Origin: Nanobdellota archaeon
GTDB taxonomy: Archaea > Nanobdellota > Nanobdellia > Woesearchaeales > JAHIVG01
Reading direction: 5' to 3'
Length of the DNA: 32,825 nucleotides
Assembly (NCBI GenBank): GCA_043812875.1
Contig: JBDRLS010000103.1
Location: forward strand, 1-32,825
Part shown: positions 1-8,669 of the stretch, in pieces
Numbering within the stretch: the stretch's first letter is position 1
Layout: the number at the start of each line of letters is the position of its first letter
The notes under the pieces: generated by a model
Told to the model about the DNA's origin: nothing
The model's input: the letters and a program-made list of their open reading frames with translations, nothing else
Database searches by the model: none
Program-made: the position numbers and the translations under genes

Positions 1-141
1 CGAACAATTTTGTTTCATGGGGGGGAGGCCTCCTAACCACCCCCCTTTGAAACACCTCAAATCTCATTCTCATAAAAGAAGTAAACACACCAAACATATA
101 TACTTCACTATTTATTCGAAAAACTCGAAAACACCTCAATC

Positions 142-149
142 TTTATAAA
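142..149 (+). promoter_or_regulatory. Archaeal TATA box of a leaderless GT2 gene
   Basis: TTTATAAA ends 22 nt before ATG 172; the same spacing recurs at about 20 genes in the window. Confidence 0.7.
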
Positions 150-171
150 TCCGCGGCTCTCTCTTTCAAAG

Positions 172-837
172 ATGTTGTGGGTGGTCATACCCGGATATAA
201 TGAAGGCAGCCGCATCGCCGAGGTCATCAAGCAGGCGAAGCGCTATGCTGAGCATGTTGTCGTGGTCGACGATGGATCGAAGGATGATACAGAAAAGGTG
301 GCGAGGAAGCAAGGAGCGATAGTCTTCCGGCACATCATCAATCTCGGCAAGGGCGCTGCATTGAAGACAGGATGCGATTATGCAGTCGAGCAGGGAGCAG
401 AACAGATCATTGTCATCGACTCAGATGGACAGCATGATCCCAAGGATATTCCCCGTTTTCTCAAGGGATTGCAGAGACATGATATCGTCTTCGGACAGAG
501 GAGATTCGACAAGCACATGCCCTGGCTCCTCAAGTTCGGCAACAGCGCCATTGATTTCATGGTGAAGATCCTTTACGGCCTCGACCTGCAGGATACCCAA
601 TGCGGCTATCGGGCGTTCACCGGAAAGGCGTACAAGAAGGTGAGATGGAAAGCTTCAGATTACAGCATGGAATCAGAGATGATCGCTAACGCGGGCAGGA
701 ACAATCTCAAGTACACAACAGTCAAGATAGCCACTGTTTATACAGACAAGTATAAAGGCACTACAGTGCTTGATGGGATCAAGATCGTCTCCAACATGGT
801 GCTTTGGCGCATGAAAGGCGCCAAGGTGAAACTATGA
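172..837 (+). CDS. Glycosyltransferase family 2 (DPM1-like, polyprenol-phosphate sugar synthase type)
   Basis: Motifs VIPGYNE, VVVDDGSKD, NLGKGAAL, DSDGQHDP and DTQCGYRA. Confidence 0.9.
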   Translation: MLWVVIPGYNEGSRIAEVIKQAKRYAEHVVVVDDGSKDDTEKVARKQGAIVFRHIINLGKGAALKTGCDYAVEQGAEQIIVIDSDGQHDPKDIPRFLKGLQRHDIVFGQRRFDKHMPWLLKFGNSAIDFMVKILYGLDLQDTQCGYRAFTGKAYKKVRWKASDYSMESEMIANAGRNNLKYTTVKIATVYTDKYKGTTVLDGIKIVSNMVLWRMKGAKVKL

Positions 838-1208
838 TCGAGTACATAGCGTTGTTCCTCATTCTATTTGTCCTATTGCTCATCGGCTGGGTCATGCTCC
901 AGCGCATCAAGATGAGGGCGATGAAGCAGCAGCTGAGGGATGCGCTGCATGGCAAGCAGAGCTTAAGTGTCAAATATGGCAAGATGGCAGAACAGTTCAT
1001 GACATTCCTTGACAAATACCCCTATGACCGCCAGCAGTTCCGCTTTCTCGGAAGCCCCATAGATGGTGTCCAGTTTACAGATCAGGAAGTCATTTTCATA
1101 GAATTCAAGGTTGGCACGAGCAAGCTGAGCAGCTCCCAGCGCAAGATCAAAGCGCTCATTGATGAGAAAAAGGTAAGATTTGAAGAGATACGCCTTGAAG
1201 AGCGATAA
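834..1208 (+). CDS. Membrane-anchored PD-(D/E)xK endonuclease related to archaeal Holliday junction resolvase (Endonuc_Holl-like)
   Basis: N-terminal TM helix; GKMAEQ..YPY..RFLGSPIDGVQF..FIEFKVG..LS..QR pattern; ATG 834 overlaps the upstream TGA (ATGA), so it is preferred over the ORF-track start at 804. Confidence 0.8.
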   Translation: MIEYIALFLILFVLLLIGWVMLQRIKMRAMKQQLRDALHGKQSLSVKYGKMAEQFMTFLDKYPYDRQQFRFLGSPIDGVQFTDQEVIFIEFKVGTSKLSSSQRKIKALIDEKKVRFEEIRLEER

Positions 1209-1210
1209 CG

Positions 1211-1483
1211 CTATTTTGTATCCTTCTTTCCATTATAATAGTCTTTCACGAACTTTATATACGCCTCCTCTTTGACCTTCTCTCCCCGCTGTTTGAATGA
1301 GACAGAAGAAAGTTGATCATAGCCAAGGCTGAAGAGGATGAGTGTTCCGAAGAACAATACGAGCACGGGCACGACAAGGATCATCCTTGTGGCGAGGTCG
1401 TCTTGAAGGGCAAGAACAGTCAGGATGATGGCAAAGAGCACTGCAGTCACGAAGTACAGCTTTGAAAGGATGAATTGTCTCAT
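1211..1483 (-). CDS. Small hypothetical membrane protein (2 TM)
   Basis: Two hydrophobic stretches; TATA-like TTATATA at 1509-1515 on the minus strand. Confidence 0.7.
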   Translation of the reverse strand: MRQFILSKLYFVTAVLFAIILTVLALQDDLATRMILVVPVLVLFFGTLILFSLGYDQLSSVSFKQRGEKVKEEAYIKFVKDYYNGKKDTK

Positions 1484-1558
1484 GATAGTGAATGGAGTGG
1501 GCAGTGCCTATATAAGCTTTTCAATACATTTAAATAAAAACAAGGAAACGACAGTTCT

Positions 1559-1891
1559 ATGATAGGAGGAATCCAGATTGTCGGAGTCATTTTTGCACTA
1601 CTCATGTTCTATATTACGTTCCTCCATCAGAAGCGCAAGGAGTTCACGGCAAAGGAATATGTCTTCTGGGCAGGGCTTTGGGCAGTGGTGCTCGCAATAA
1701 CCTTGTTCCCCACATCACTCGATTTCCTCGTCAAAGATATCCTCGACCTGAAACGACCGATAGATTTCTTCATCATCGTCGGCTTCATGTTCGTCATAGG
1801 ACTAATCTTCTATATGTATCTCATCCTCCGGAAGACACAGAACAGGATCGAGGAAGTGGTCAGAGCCATTGCACGGCAAAAGCGCCGCTAG
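1559..1891 (+). CDS. DUF2304-like membrane protein
   Basis: 110 aa, 3 TM, W-x3-W motif, R-P-x-D and a charged C-terminal helix; TATA 1529-1536; this family is usually found near GT2 genes. Confidence 0.75.
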   Translation: MIGGIQIVGVIFALLMFYITFLHQKRKEFTAKEYVFWAGLWAVVLAITLFPTSLDFLVKDILDLKRPIDFFIIVGFMFVIGLIFYMYLILRKTQNRIEEVVRAIARQKRR

Positions 1892-1921
1892 TTTTAAAAA
1901 GAACAACTTCGTTCGGAGACC

Positions 1922-3019
1922 ATGCACATTCCGCTGATCAGGACACTTGATAAGACAACGGGAAGTCTTGCAAGCTTAGGGCTCGGCCTATTCCCAAAGC
2001 GAAAACCAAAGAAACCGAAATCCATCCTGGCCATACAACTTTGGGGATTGGGGGAAACTGTCCTAACGCTCCCAGCGCTCAGGGCCTTGCAAGAGCTCTA
2101 CCCGAAAGCCAAGATCGATATTCTCTGCACTGACCGCAACAAGGATGTCTATGTTCAGCAGCCCTATAATGTACACCCTATTACGCTTGAGCCTGCAAAC
2201 ATCCTGTCATTCATCAGAGCGCATTTGCAGCATTATGATCTCGTCGTGGACTTTGAGGAATACCTGCGAAGCGCTGCAGTGATCGCCAGGTTGACGGGCA
2301 AATATGCAATCGGCTTCAGGACAAATGTGAGAGGAGAGGCATTGGACAGGTCCATCGCTTATGTCGATGGACAGCATACGGCTGAATGCTTCCTCGACCT
2401 CATCCGTGCATTGAGTGCAAAGATCCCCCGGATTAAGACGCTTCTTCCAATAAAGGTTTCAAAGGATGATGAAAAAGGGGCGGCAGCATTTCTCAAAAAA
2501 TATAAGGTGAGGAGCTTTATCGGCATCGCGCCCGGAGCTGCGGAGACGAGCAAGCAGCGCATCTGGCCTTTGGAACGGTTTGCACAGATCGCAGATAGCT
2601 GGGCAAAGACGACCCCAGTCATCCTCTTCGGCGGTGAAGGGGATAGAGCGGTCATCGACCGAGTCGTGAAGCTCATGAAGCGGAAAGCAATCGTCGCTTC
2701 CGGAGAATTAAGCTTACGGGAGAGCATCGCCGCACTTTCAAAGGCGAAGCTTGTCCTTGCGAATGACGCTGGATTCATGCATGTGGCCGCTGCGCAAGGA
2801 GTGAAGACCATCGGGCTTTTCGGACCGAATCTGCCGATCAGATGGAAGCCGTTGAATGAGAAGAGCATTGCAGTTTATGAAGGCTATTCCTGCAGCCCTT
2901 GTATCAACTCCCATAAGGGTGAGTTTCCGGCCTGCAAGTTCGGGAAGGACAACCGATGCATGAAGAAGATCTCAGTCGAGGAAGTGTTCAATGTTGGAAA
3001 GAAGATGATGGAGAGATGA
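1922..3019 (+). CDS. Glycosyltransferase family 9 (ADP-heptose heptosyltransferase-like)
   Basis: GLGETVLTLPAL, APGAA..QRIWP, NDAGFMHVAAA, GLFGPN and C-terminal CSPC; TATA 1892-1899. Confidence 0.88.
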   Translation: MHIPLIRTLDKTTGSLASLGLGLFPKRKPKKPKSILAIQLWGLGETVLTLPALRALQELYPKAKIDILCTDRNKDVYVQQPYNVHPITLEPANILSFIRAHLQHYDLVVDFEEYLRSAAVIARLTGKYAIGFRTNVRGEALDRSIAYVDGQHTAECFLDLIRALSAKIPRIKTLLPIKVSKDDEKGAAAFLKKYKVRSFIGIAPGAAETSKQRIWPLERFAQIADSWAKTTPVILFGGEGDRAVIDRVVKLMKRKAIVASGELSLRESIAALSKAKLVLANDAGFMHVAAAQGVKTIGLFGPNLPIRWKPLNEKSIAVYEGYSCSPCINSHKGEFPACKFGKDNRCMKKISVEEVFNVGKKMMER

Positions 3020-3020
3020 G

Positions 3021-3311
3021 ATGGTTGGATGCTGCGAGAATGCGCTGGCGGATTATGTGGCGTGGGACCTTCCCGGTACACCGGTCATCGTCGAGGTAGT
3101 GGTTCTTGGTTTAATGCCTCATGCCTATGTCCGTTCAAAGAGCCATATCAAAAGCGAAGCCAGCCCTGTATATGCAAAAATTCTGTCTTATGAAGGGCCT
3201 ATCGAAGAAGCGGATCCTGCTCTTTTCGGACCCGGGGCTTACAGAGTGGATGATTTCTTGATGTCTCTTGTGGAGCCTAATCAGTCACATGACGATAGTC
3301 GCCCCGGGTAA
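3021..3311 (+). CDS. Hypothetical protein (ORFan)
   Basis: Starts 1 nt after the GT9 stop with GGAGAG upstream and fills an otherwise empty 257-bp gap; no recognisable motif; overlaps the convergent gene by 35 nt. Confidence 0.45.
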   Translation: MVGCCENALADYVAWDLPGTPVIVEVVVLGLMPHAYVRSKSHIKSEASPVYAKILSYEGPIEEADPALFGPGAYRVDDFLMSLVEPNQSHDDSRPG

Positions 3312-4026
3312 AATAGCCGAGGAGCCGGTGGTCTTTTGCCAGGCGAGGGAAGAGGTCCCGTTCTAGGGAAATGACCTTCTTAAGCATGCTGAATACCTCC
3401 GGAGAGAAGATGTAGATGCCGGCGTTCACGACGTGGGAGGATGCGCTTTTTGTCTTTTCAGCGAAAGAGATGATGCGGTTGCCCTCCATGATGGCAGAGC
3501 CGTATTTCGAAGGTTCTTGCCTATCCATCAGACCCATGGTGGCGATGACCTGTTCCCTGAGATGGGATTGGATCATCCGTTTGAGGTCAAAGCTGTTCAG
3601 GATATCACCGGACATGACGACAAACGGACCTTTGAGCTTCGGCTCTGCAATGGCCAAGGCCTCACCATTTCCCCTGACCTCCGCATCCACGACTTCCACG
3701 GCGATAGGGGCGGCAGATGTCTCGACAAGAAGACGGTTCATCAATGCAGAGAATTGGGTGAGAATAAGGACTTTCTTGATCCCATGCGATGAAAACCAGT
3801 CAAGCTGGTGACCGAGGAGTGGCCTGCCGTCTATAGGACGCAGGGAAATGATTTGATGCCTCTTATGAAGAAGCAATACGGCGGTGGTGATCTCTCTCTC
3901 CCGAAGCCCTTTCCCGAGAAAATATTCAATGGCCTGGCTTCTTGACCTGAGCAGGGTGCCCTTCTTGGCACGGTCAAGCTCCTCAAGAAGGTCCTTGTCA
4001 AGGGAGACAGCGATCTTTTTTTTCAT
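3277..4026 (-). CDS. Ribbon-helix-helix (CopG/NikR-like) domain fused to a degenerate sugar-phosphate nucleotidyltransferase domain; putative regulator
   Basis: KIAVSLDKDLLEELD..RSRSQAIEYFL is RHH-like; the NTase fold retains GRPLL, SGDIL, KYG, VNAGIYIF and SLERDLFP but lacks GGxGTR..PK and WxDIG. Confidence 0.85.
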   Translation of the reverse strand: MKKKIAVSLDKDLLEELDRAKKGTLLRSRSQAIEYFLGKGLREREITTAVLLLHKRHQIISLRPIDGRPLLGHQLDWFSSHGIKKVLILTQFSALMNRLLVETSAAPIAVEVVDAEVRGNGEALAIAEPKLKGPFVVMSGDILNSFDLKRMIQSHLREQVIATMGLMDRQEPSKYGSAIMEGNRIISFAEKTKSASSHVVNAGIYIFSPEVFSMLKKVISLERDLFPRLAKDHRLLGYFTRGDYRHVTD

Positions 4027-4031
4027 TGTTG

Positions 4032-4048
4032 GTATTACTAAGTAATAC
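4032..4048. promoter_or_regulatory. Perfect inverted repeat GTATTACT-A-AGTAATAC; candidate operator
   Basis: 8-bp arms with a 1-nt spacer, lying between the minus-strand TATA (4049-4056) and ATG 4026 of the RHH gene. Confidence 0.65.
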
Positions 4049-4084
4049 TATTTAAATGTTTGTTTTCCGTCTATAATGAGAACA

Positions 4085-4137
4085 TTTAAAAATAGAATCC
4101 GCTTCCGTAGTCATACGAAAAACTACTTTGGTGATAC
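4085..4137 (+). promoter_or_regulatory. Promoter and leader of the gmhA operon with Shine-Dalgarno site
   Basis: TTTAAAAA 4085-4092; GTCATAC 4110-4116; SD GGTGAT 4130-4135 before ATG 4140. Confidence 0.6.
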
Positions 4138-4139
4138 CC

Positions 4140-4733
4140 ATGAAAGATGCCATCCGATCAATGCTGAAAGAAAGTGCACAGGTGAAGCTCAAGACTGCGG
4201 AAACGCTCACTTCTGAGATACAGACGGCTGCTGAAAAGATCATCGGCAGCTATAAGCAGGGCGGCAAGCTCATCATATTCGGAAACGGAGGAAGCGCGGC
4301 GGATGCCCAGCACATCACGACGGAGCTCATGCACCAATTTGAGAAGAACCGGAGATGTCTGCTTGCACTCGCGCTCAATACAAATACATCGATGATCACT
4401 GCCATCGGCAATGACTGGGGATTCGAAGACATATTCTCCAGGCAGGTAGAAGGACTCGCGACCCCAAAGGATGTCATCATCGCGATCAGCACCTCTGGCA
4501 ATTCCAAGAATGTCATCAAGGCAGTGAAGCTGGCAAAAGAGAAAGGAACATACACCATCTGCTTCACGAATCAGGAGGGCGGCATCCTGAAAGACATGGT
4601 CGACCTTTGCCTCTGTGTTCCGCATAAGAACACTGCCCGCGTGCAGGAATGTCATATCACCATAGGCCATATCCTCTGCAAGCTCATCGAAGAAAACCTC
4701 TTCCCCGACGCGGGAACGAGGAGGGGACCATGA
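4140..4733 (+). CDS. gmhA: D-sedoheptulose-7-phosphate isomerase
   Basis: GNGGSAADAQH, TAIGNDWG..IFSRQV, ISTSGNSKN and TARVQECHI; ATG 4140 chosen because of the SD. Confidence 0.95.
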   Translation: MKDAIRSMLKESAQVKLKTAETLTSEIQTAAEKIIGSYKQGGKLIIFGNGGSAADAQHITTELMHQFEKNRRCLLALALNTNTSMITAIGNDWGFEDIFSRQVEGLATPKDVIIAISTSGNSKNVIKAVKLAKEKGTYTICFTNQEGGILKDMVDLCLCVPHKNTARVQECHITIGHILCKLIEENLFPDAGTRRGP

Positions 4734-6163
4734 ACGCTTCGCTTGTCGGGCAGTTCCCGAAAAAGAGCATTCTTGCAATAGGCGACCTTGTCCTGGATAG
4801 CTATCTTGAGGGTGATGTCTCCCGTATTTCCCCTGAAGCGCCCGTTCCCGTGCTCCATGTCGAAAAGGAGCGATTTGTCCTCGGCGGAGCTGCGAATACC
4901 ATAGCAAATTGCGCCCATCTTGGCGCGCATGTCGAGGCGGTCGGAATCATCGGAAACGATGCCCCGGGAAAAAAGCTGCGCGCCCTGTTTTCTTCGATCG
5001 GCGTGGGTCATGGCGGGGTGGTTGTTGATGACAAGCGTCCGACGATAAGGAAGACCAGGCTGGTGACACAGCGGCAGCAGCTTGCCCGCATCGATTATGA
5101 GCATACGAGCGACATACCCTTGTCCCTCGAGAAGAAGATGCTTTCCCAGATCAGGAAAAGGATGACAAAGAGCGATGCGGTCATCATCTCAGATTATCAT
5201 AAGGGAACCATCACCGAGACGCTGGCGAAGGAGGTCATCAGTCTCGCAAGAAAGCAGGGCATCCCCCTCATTGTCGATACCAAACCTGACCACATGCTGT
5301 GGTTTGTGGATGCGACATTGATCACACCCAATAGGAAAGAGGCATCAACATTTGTTGGTTATGACCTTGATGATGAAGAGAGCGTGATCCGTGCAGGGAA
5401 GGAACTTGTTGAGAAAACGAAGAGCAATATCCTCATCACCCTCGGTGAACGGGGCATGGTGTTGATGGAAAAGGAAGGGAAGACAACTGCGGTGCCGACA
5501 CAGGCGAAGGAGGTGTTTGATGTCAGCGGCGCTGGCGATACGGTCGTAGCAGTCATGACACTGGGATTGGCTAGCAATGCATCCTTAAGCGAGGCAGCGA
5601 TCCTCGCGAACCATGCCGCAGGCATCGTCGTCGGAAAAGTCGGCACGGTCGCCATCACCAAAGACGAGCTTGCCCAGGTCATTGCAACAGGATCGACAAA
5701 GGTCAAGAGCCTTCCTGAGCTGAAGAAAACAACCGCTTTTCTGAAGAAGCAAGGGAAGCGGATCGTGTGGACAAATGGGTGCTTCGACATCCTGCACGTC
5801 GGGCATACCCGCTACCTGCAGGAGGCGCATAGGCTGGGTGATGTGCTCATCTTAGGATTGAATACTGATGCATCAGTCCATAGGTTTAAGGGGAAAGGAA
5901 GACCGATCCTCCCCGAGCGTGCGCGGGCAGAGGTGTTATCCGCGCTCAGCTCTGTTGATTATATCCTCTTCTTTGATGAAAGCACCCCGATAAGACAGAT
6001 CAAGGAACTCATGCCTGATATCATTGTCAAAGGAGGGGACTACAAAGCAGAAGATGTCGTCGGCTTTGATGTCATGAAAAAACAGGGAGGGAACGTGGTC
6101 ATCATTCCTCTTATCGAGGGATTTTCAACGACGACGCTGATCAACAAGATCCGAGACCAATGA
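4730..6163 (+). CDS. hldE: Bifunctional heptose-7-phosphate kinase / heptose-1-phosphate adenylyltransferase
   Basis: RISPEAPVPV, GGAAN, SDYHKG and DVSGAGDTV (PfkB kinase) followed by NGCFDILHVGH, KGGDY and GFSTT (nucleotidyltransferase); ATGA overlap at 4730. Confidence 0.95.
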   Translation: MNASLVGQFPKKSILAIGDLVLDSYLEGDVSRISPEAPVPVLHVEKERFVLGGAANTIANCAHLGAHVEAVGIIGNDAPGKKLRALFSSIGVGHGGVVVDDKRPTIRKTRLVTQRQQLARIDYEHTSDIPLSLEKKMLSQIRKRMTKSDAVIISDYHKGTITETLAKEVISLARKQGIPLIVDTKPDHMLWFVDATLITPNRKEASTFVGYDLDDEESVIRAGKELVEKTKSNILITLGERGMVLMEKEGKTTAVPTQAKEVFDVSGAGDTVVAVMTLGLASNASLSEAAILANHAAGIVVGKVGTVAITKDELAQVIATGSTKVKSLPELKKTTAFLKKQGKRIVWTNGCFDILHVGHTRYLQEAHRLGDVLILGLNTDASVHRFKGKGRPILPERARAEVLSALSSVDYILFFDESTPIRQIKELMPDIIVKGGDYKAEDVVGFDVMKKQGGNVVIIPLIEGFSTTTLINKIRDQ

Positions 6164-6726
6164 ACCGCGCGGTATTCCTGGACAGGGATGGGACGATCAA
6201 CCGAGATTCGCTCTATGCATATAAGATTGAGGATTTTGTCTTCTTGCCCGGGGTGAAAGAGGGCTTGAAAAAATTGCAGGCACTCTCTTTCAAGCTTATT
6301 GTGATAACCTCCCAATCAGGGATTGCACGAGGATTCTATACTGAAGAAGATCTTGAAAAAGTCCATGCATACATGCGCTCTGCATTAGAAAAAGAGGGGG
6401 TCCACCTTGATGCGGTCTATTATTGCCCCCATCACCCAGAAGCAGGGAATGAGAGATATAGGAAGGTCTGTGATTGCAGGAAGCCGAAGATAGGCTTGTT
6501 CCTCGAAGCAAAGAAGAGATTTGACATCGACCTTAAGAAAAGTTACATGATAGGCGACCGGAGCAAGGACATGGCTGCTGGAAAAACAGCCGGGTGCACG
6601 ACGATTTATCTGGATGTGCCTAAGCCTGATGATCATGAGCTGAAGGCTGCTCCTGATTACTCTGTGAAGAACTTCCCTGAAGCGGTCCAGGTGATCTTGG
6701 AGCGGGAGTCTTCTTCTGCCTTCTGA
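6160..6726 (+). CDS. gmhB: D-glycero-D-manno-heptose-1,7-bisphosphate phosphatase
   Basis: FLDRDGTIN, TSQSGIARG, YCPHHP..CDCRKP and MIGD..KD; ATGA overlap with hldE. Confidence 0.93.
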   Translation: MNRAVFLDRDGTINRDSLYAYKIEDFVFLPGVKEGLKKLQALSFKLIVITSQSGIARGFYTEEDLEKVHAYMRSALEKEGVHLDAVYYCPHHPEAGNERYRKVCDCRKPKIGLFLEAKKRFDIDLKKSYMIGDRSKDMAAGKTAGCTTIYLDVPKPDDHELKAAPDYSVKNFPEAVQVILERESSSAF

Positions 6727-7027
6727 AGCGCCAGGCGATGCCGATGCCTGCGAGAATAACCCATGTGACAGGGATAGCGATCCTGATCGAATTGAATACG
6801 ATGCCGAGATAATAGACCAGTCCAGAGAAGACGCCGATGCCGATGAAAAACGAGAAGATGAGCTGCTCTCCTGTTTCCAGATCGGTATTGTCGAGGATGA
6901 GATAGAATGGGATGATGAAGAAAAGCACAGCACCGATGAAGGTGAGCGCACCAGCCTGTCCGAGGAGGAAGAACAGGAAGAGCGCCGCCAATCCTGCGAT
7001 GATCCCTAAAATGAGGTATTTATTCAA
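6620..7027 (-). CDS. Hypothetical membrane protein (about 4 TM)
   Basis: Hydrophobic first 100 aa; start overlaps the stop of the GT-C gene; low-complexity tail runs antisense into gmhB. Confidence 0.75.
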   Translation of the reverse strand: MNKYLILGIIAGLAALFLFFLLGQAGALTFIGAVLFFIIPFYLILDNTDLETGEQLIFSFFIGIGVFSGLVYYLGIVFNSIRIAIPVTWVILAGIGIAWRFRRQKKTPAPRSPGPLQGSSSQSNQEQPSAHDHQA

Positions 7028-8597
7028 GCTTAAACACCTTGATTAAGTTTTTATCATACAGAAGGGTTGCCTTGCCTTCTAAAAGCAGTTCTTGTTCTTG
7101 CATGGCGGTGATCTGCGGAGCGTACCGCGGGTCTTGCTGCAGGTAGACGAGATCAGAGTAGTCGAAGAGGAGATGGTCCGGCTCGGTGAGGTCATCATCA
7201 AAATTGATCTTGACGAGGTGGCGGTGCGCGATGAACTGCATGAAGCGCTTTTTCGTGATTGTCAATGTCCCAAAATCCTCAGTGAGCGCATCATCCGCGA
7301 GATGTCCCTTCATCCATTCCGCGACCTCGACTTGTGCGGGAGTGATACGGGAGATTCCTCCGTATGCATTGTGGAGGGTTCCGTATGCGGCCTTTCCGTT
7401 CACCATGATAGCGACGATGATGAATATGATTGCCGCCGCCATCTTCAGGAATGGACGGACCGGTTTGGGCAGCTTCATAATCTTTATGAGATAGGTGATG
7501 AGCCATACAAAGCCGATGGCGATGATCGGGTAAAAGATATGCGCTTCAGCTGCGAGGGAGCGGTGCACCCTGCCCTTTCCGATCACGTCAAGATGGATCA
7601 TGATGTAAAGCGAGAGGAGCCAGCTCAACAGGAGCCAGTCTTGGCGTTTTCTTCTTATGAGGAGGAGGACAATGCCTGCGAGCAGGAAGGGGAGTGTCCA
7701 TATGCCATTCATATCCTTATACGAGAAATATGTGGGTGGAACTGCCCCGTTGAAATCAGCAGCATCAGGATACCATTCAAAAAGCCTGCTGATCTTGCCG
7801 AGGTTTTTCGCATCGGCCTTCTCTGTCTGCGTCAATTTGATGACGCTCATGGTCTGGAAGGGGAAGGCTGCTGCCATGACGATGAAAATGAAGGCTGCAA
7901 TGGCCAGGTGTTTCCATCTGAAGGGTATCTTTCGTTCTTTGATGAGCAGAACCAGGGTGAAGACGCCGAGCGCGGCAAGGGTGTGGAATAATCCTCCAGG
8001 ATGGAGATAAAAGTTGACTCCGATGAGGATGCCCATGACAGAAAGGTAGTATGCCTTTGGTTTTCCTGCGAAATACCCTTCAGTGTACTTGAAGTATGCA
8101 TACAGGATGATCGGGATGAAGGCATAGCTTATCCTTTCGGGCCACTGACCCCAGAGGAAGACCATGTAATCCCTTCCTGAGAAGATCAATAAGATGCTGG
8201 AGAGGATCGCCGGCAAGAGGCCGAATAGTTTACGCATGAAGAAATAGGTTCCCAAGACCATTATTGTGCAAAGGATGGCATTGAAGAGATAGATGGGAAG
8301 GAATCTGGATCCTGAGAAGATCTGCAGGAGGGCGAAGTTCATGTGATAGGGCGGATGATACCAGAGGGTGTGCGGCCTGAACTGGTTGTCCCAGCCGTAG
8401 CGGACGTCTATATAGTAAGGAAGCGTCGTTAGAGAATGGTCTGAGCTGGACTGGGCATCGGCAACAACAAAGTGGGAGGCGGCATCTGCCTCGCCATAGG
8501 GCAATTGATTTTCTTGAATCGGCTGTGTCCAGAGCCAGAGGGCACCAAGATATATGGCTAGGATGATGAATAGCTCAACTTTTGAAACACCCCTCAT
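7020..8597 (-). CDS. Multi-pass membrane protein, probable GT-C-fold glycosyltransferase (ArnT/PMT-like)
   Basis: N-terminal TM, acidic loop motif GEAD..H, YHPP motif, more than 10 TM segments and a soluble C-terminal domain. Confidence 0.65.
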   Translation of the reverse strand: MRGVSKVELFIILAIYLGALWLWTQPIQENQLPYGEADAASHFVVADAQSSSDHSLTTLPYYIDVRYGWDNQFRPHTLWYHPPYHMNFALLQIFSGSRFLPIYLFNAILCTIMVLGTYFFMRKLFGLLPAILSSILLIFSGRDYMVFLWGQWPERISYAFIPIILYAYFKYTEGYFAGKPKAYYLSVMGILIGVNFYLHPGGLFHTLAALGVFTLVLLIKERKIPFRWKHLAIAAFIFIVMAAAFPFQTMSVIKLTQTEKADAKNLGKISRLFEWYPDAADFNGAVPPTYFSYKDMNGIWTLPFLLAGIVLLLIRRKRQDWLLLSWLLSLYIMIHLDVIGKGRVHRSLAAEAHIFYPIIAIGFVWLITYLIKIMKLPKPVRPFLKMAAAIIFIIVAIMVNGKAAYGTLHNAYGGISRITPAQVEVAEWMKGHLADDALTEDFGTLTITKKRFMQFIAHRHLVKINFDDDLTEPDHLLFDYSDLVYLQQDPRYAPQITAMQEQELLLEGKATLLYDKNLIKVFKLE

Positions 8598-8669
8598 GAA
8601 GATGATGGTAGAGGGGGATTATAAAAAGGTTTGGATACATTTATATAGGAACCTGTCGCTCTTTATCGT

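Noticed and set aside
3277-4026. Calling this gene an active hddC or mannose-1-phosphate guanylyltransferase
   Set aside because: The GGxGTR/PK nucleotide-binding loop and the distal Asp are missing, and HldE already supplies the nucleotidyltransferase step
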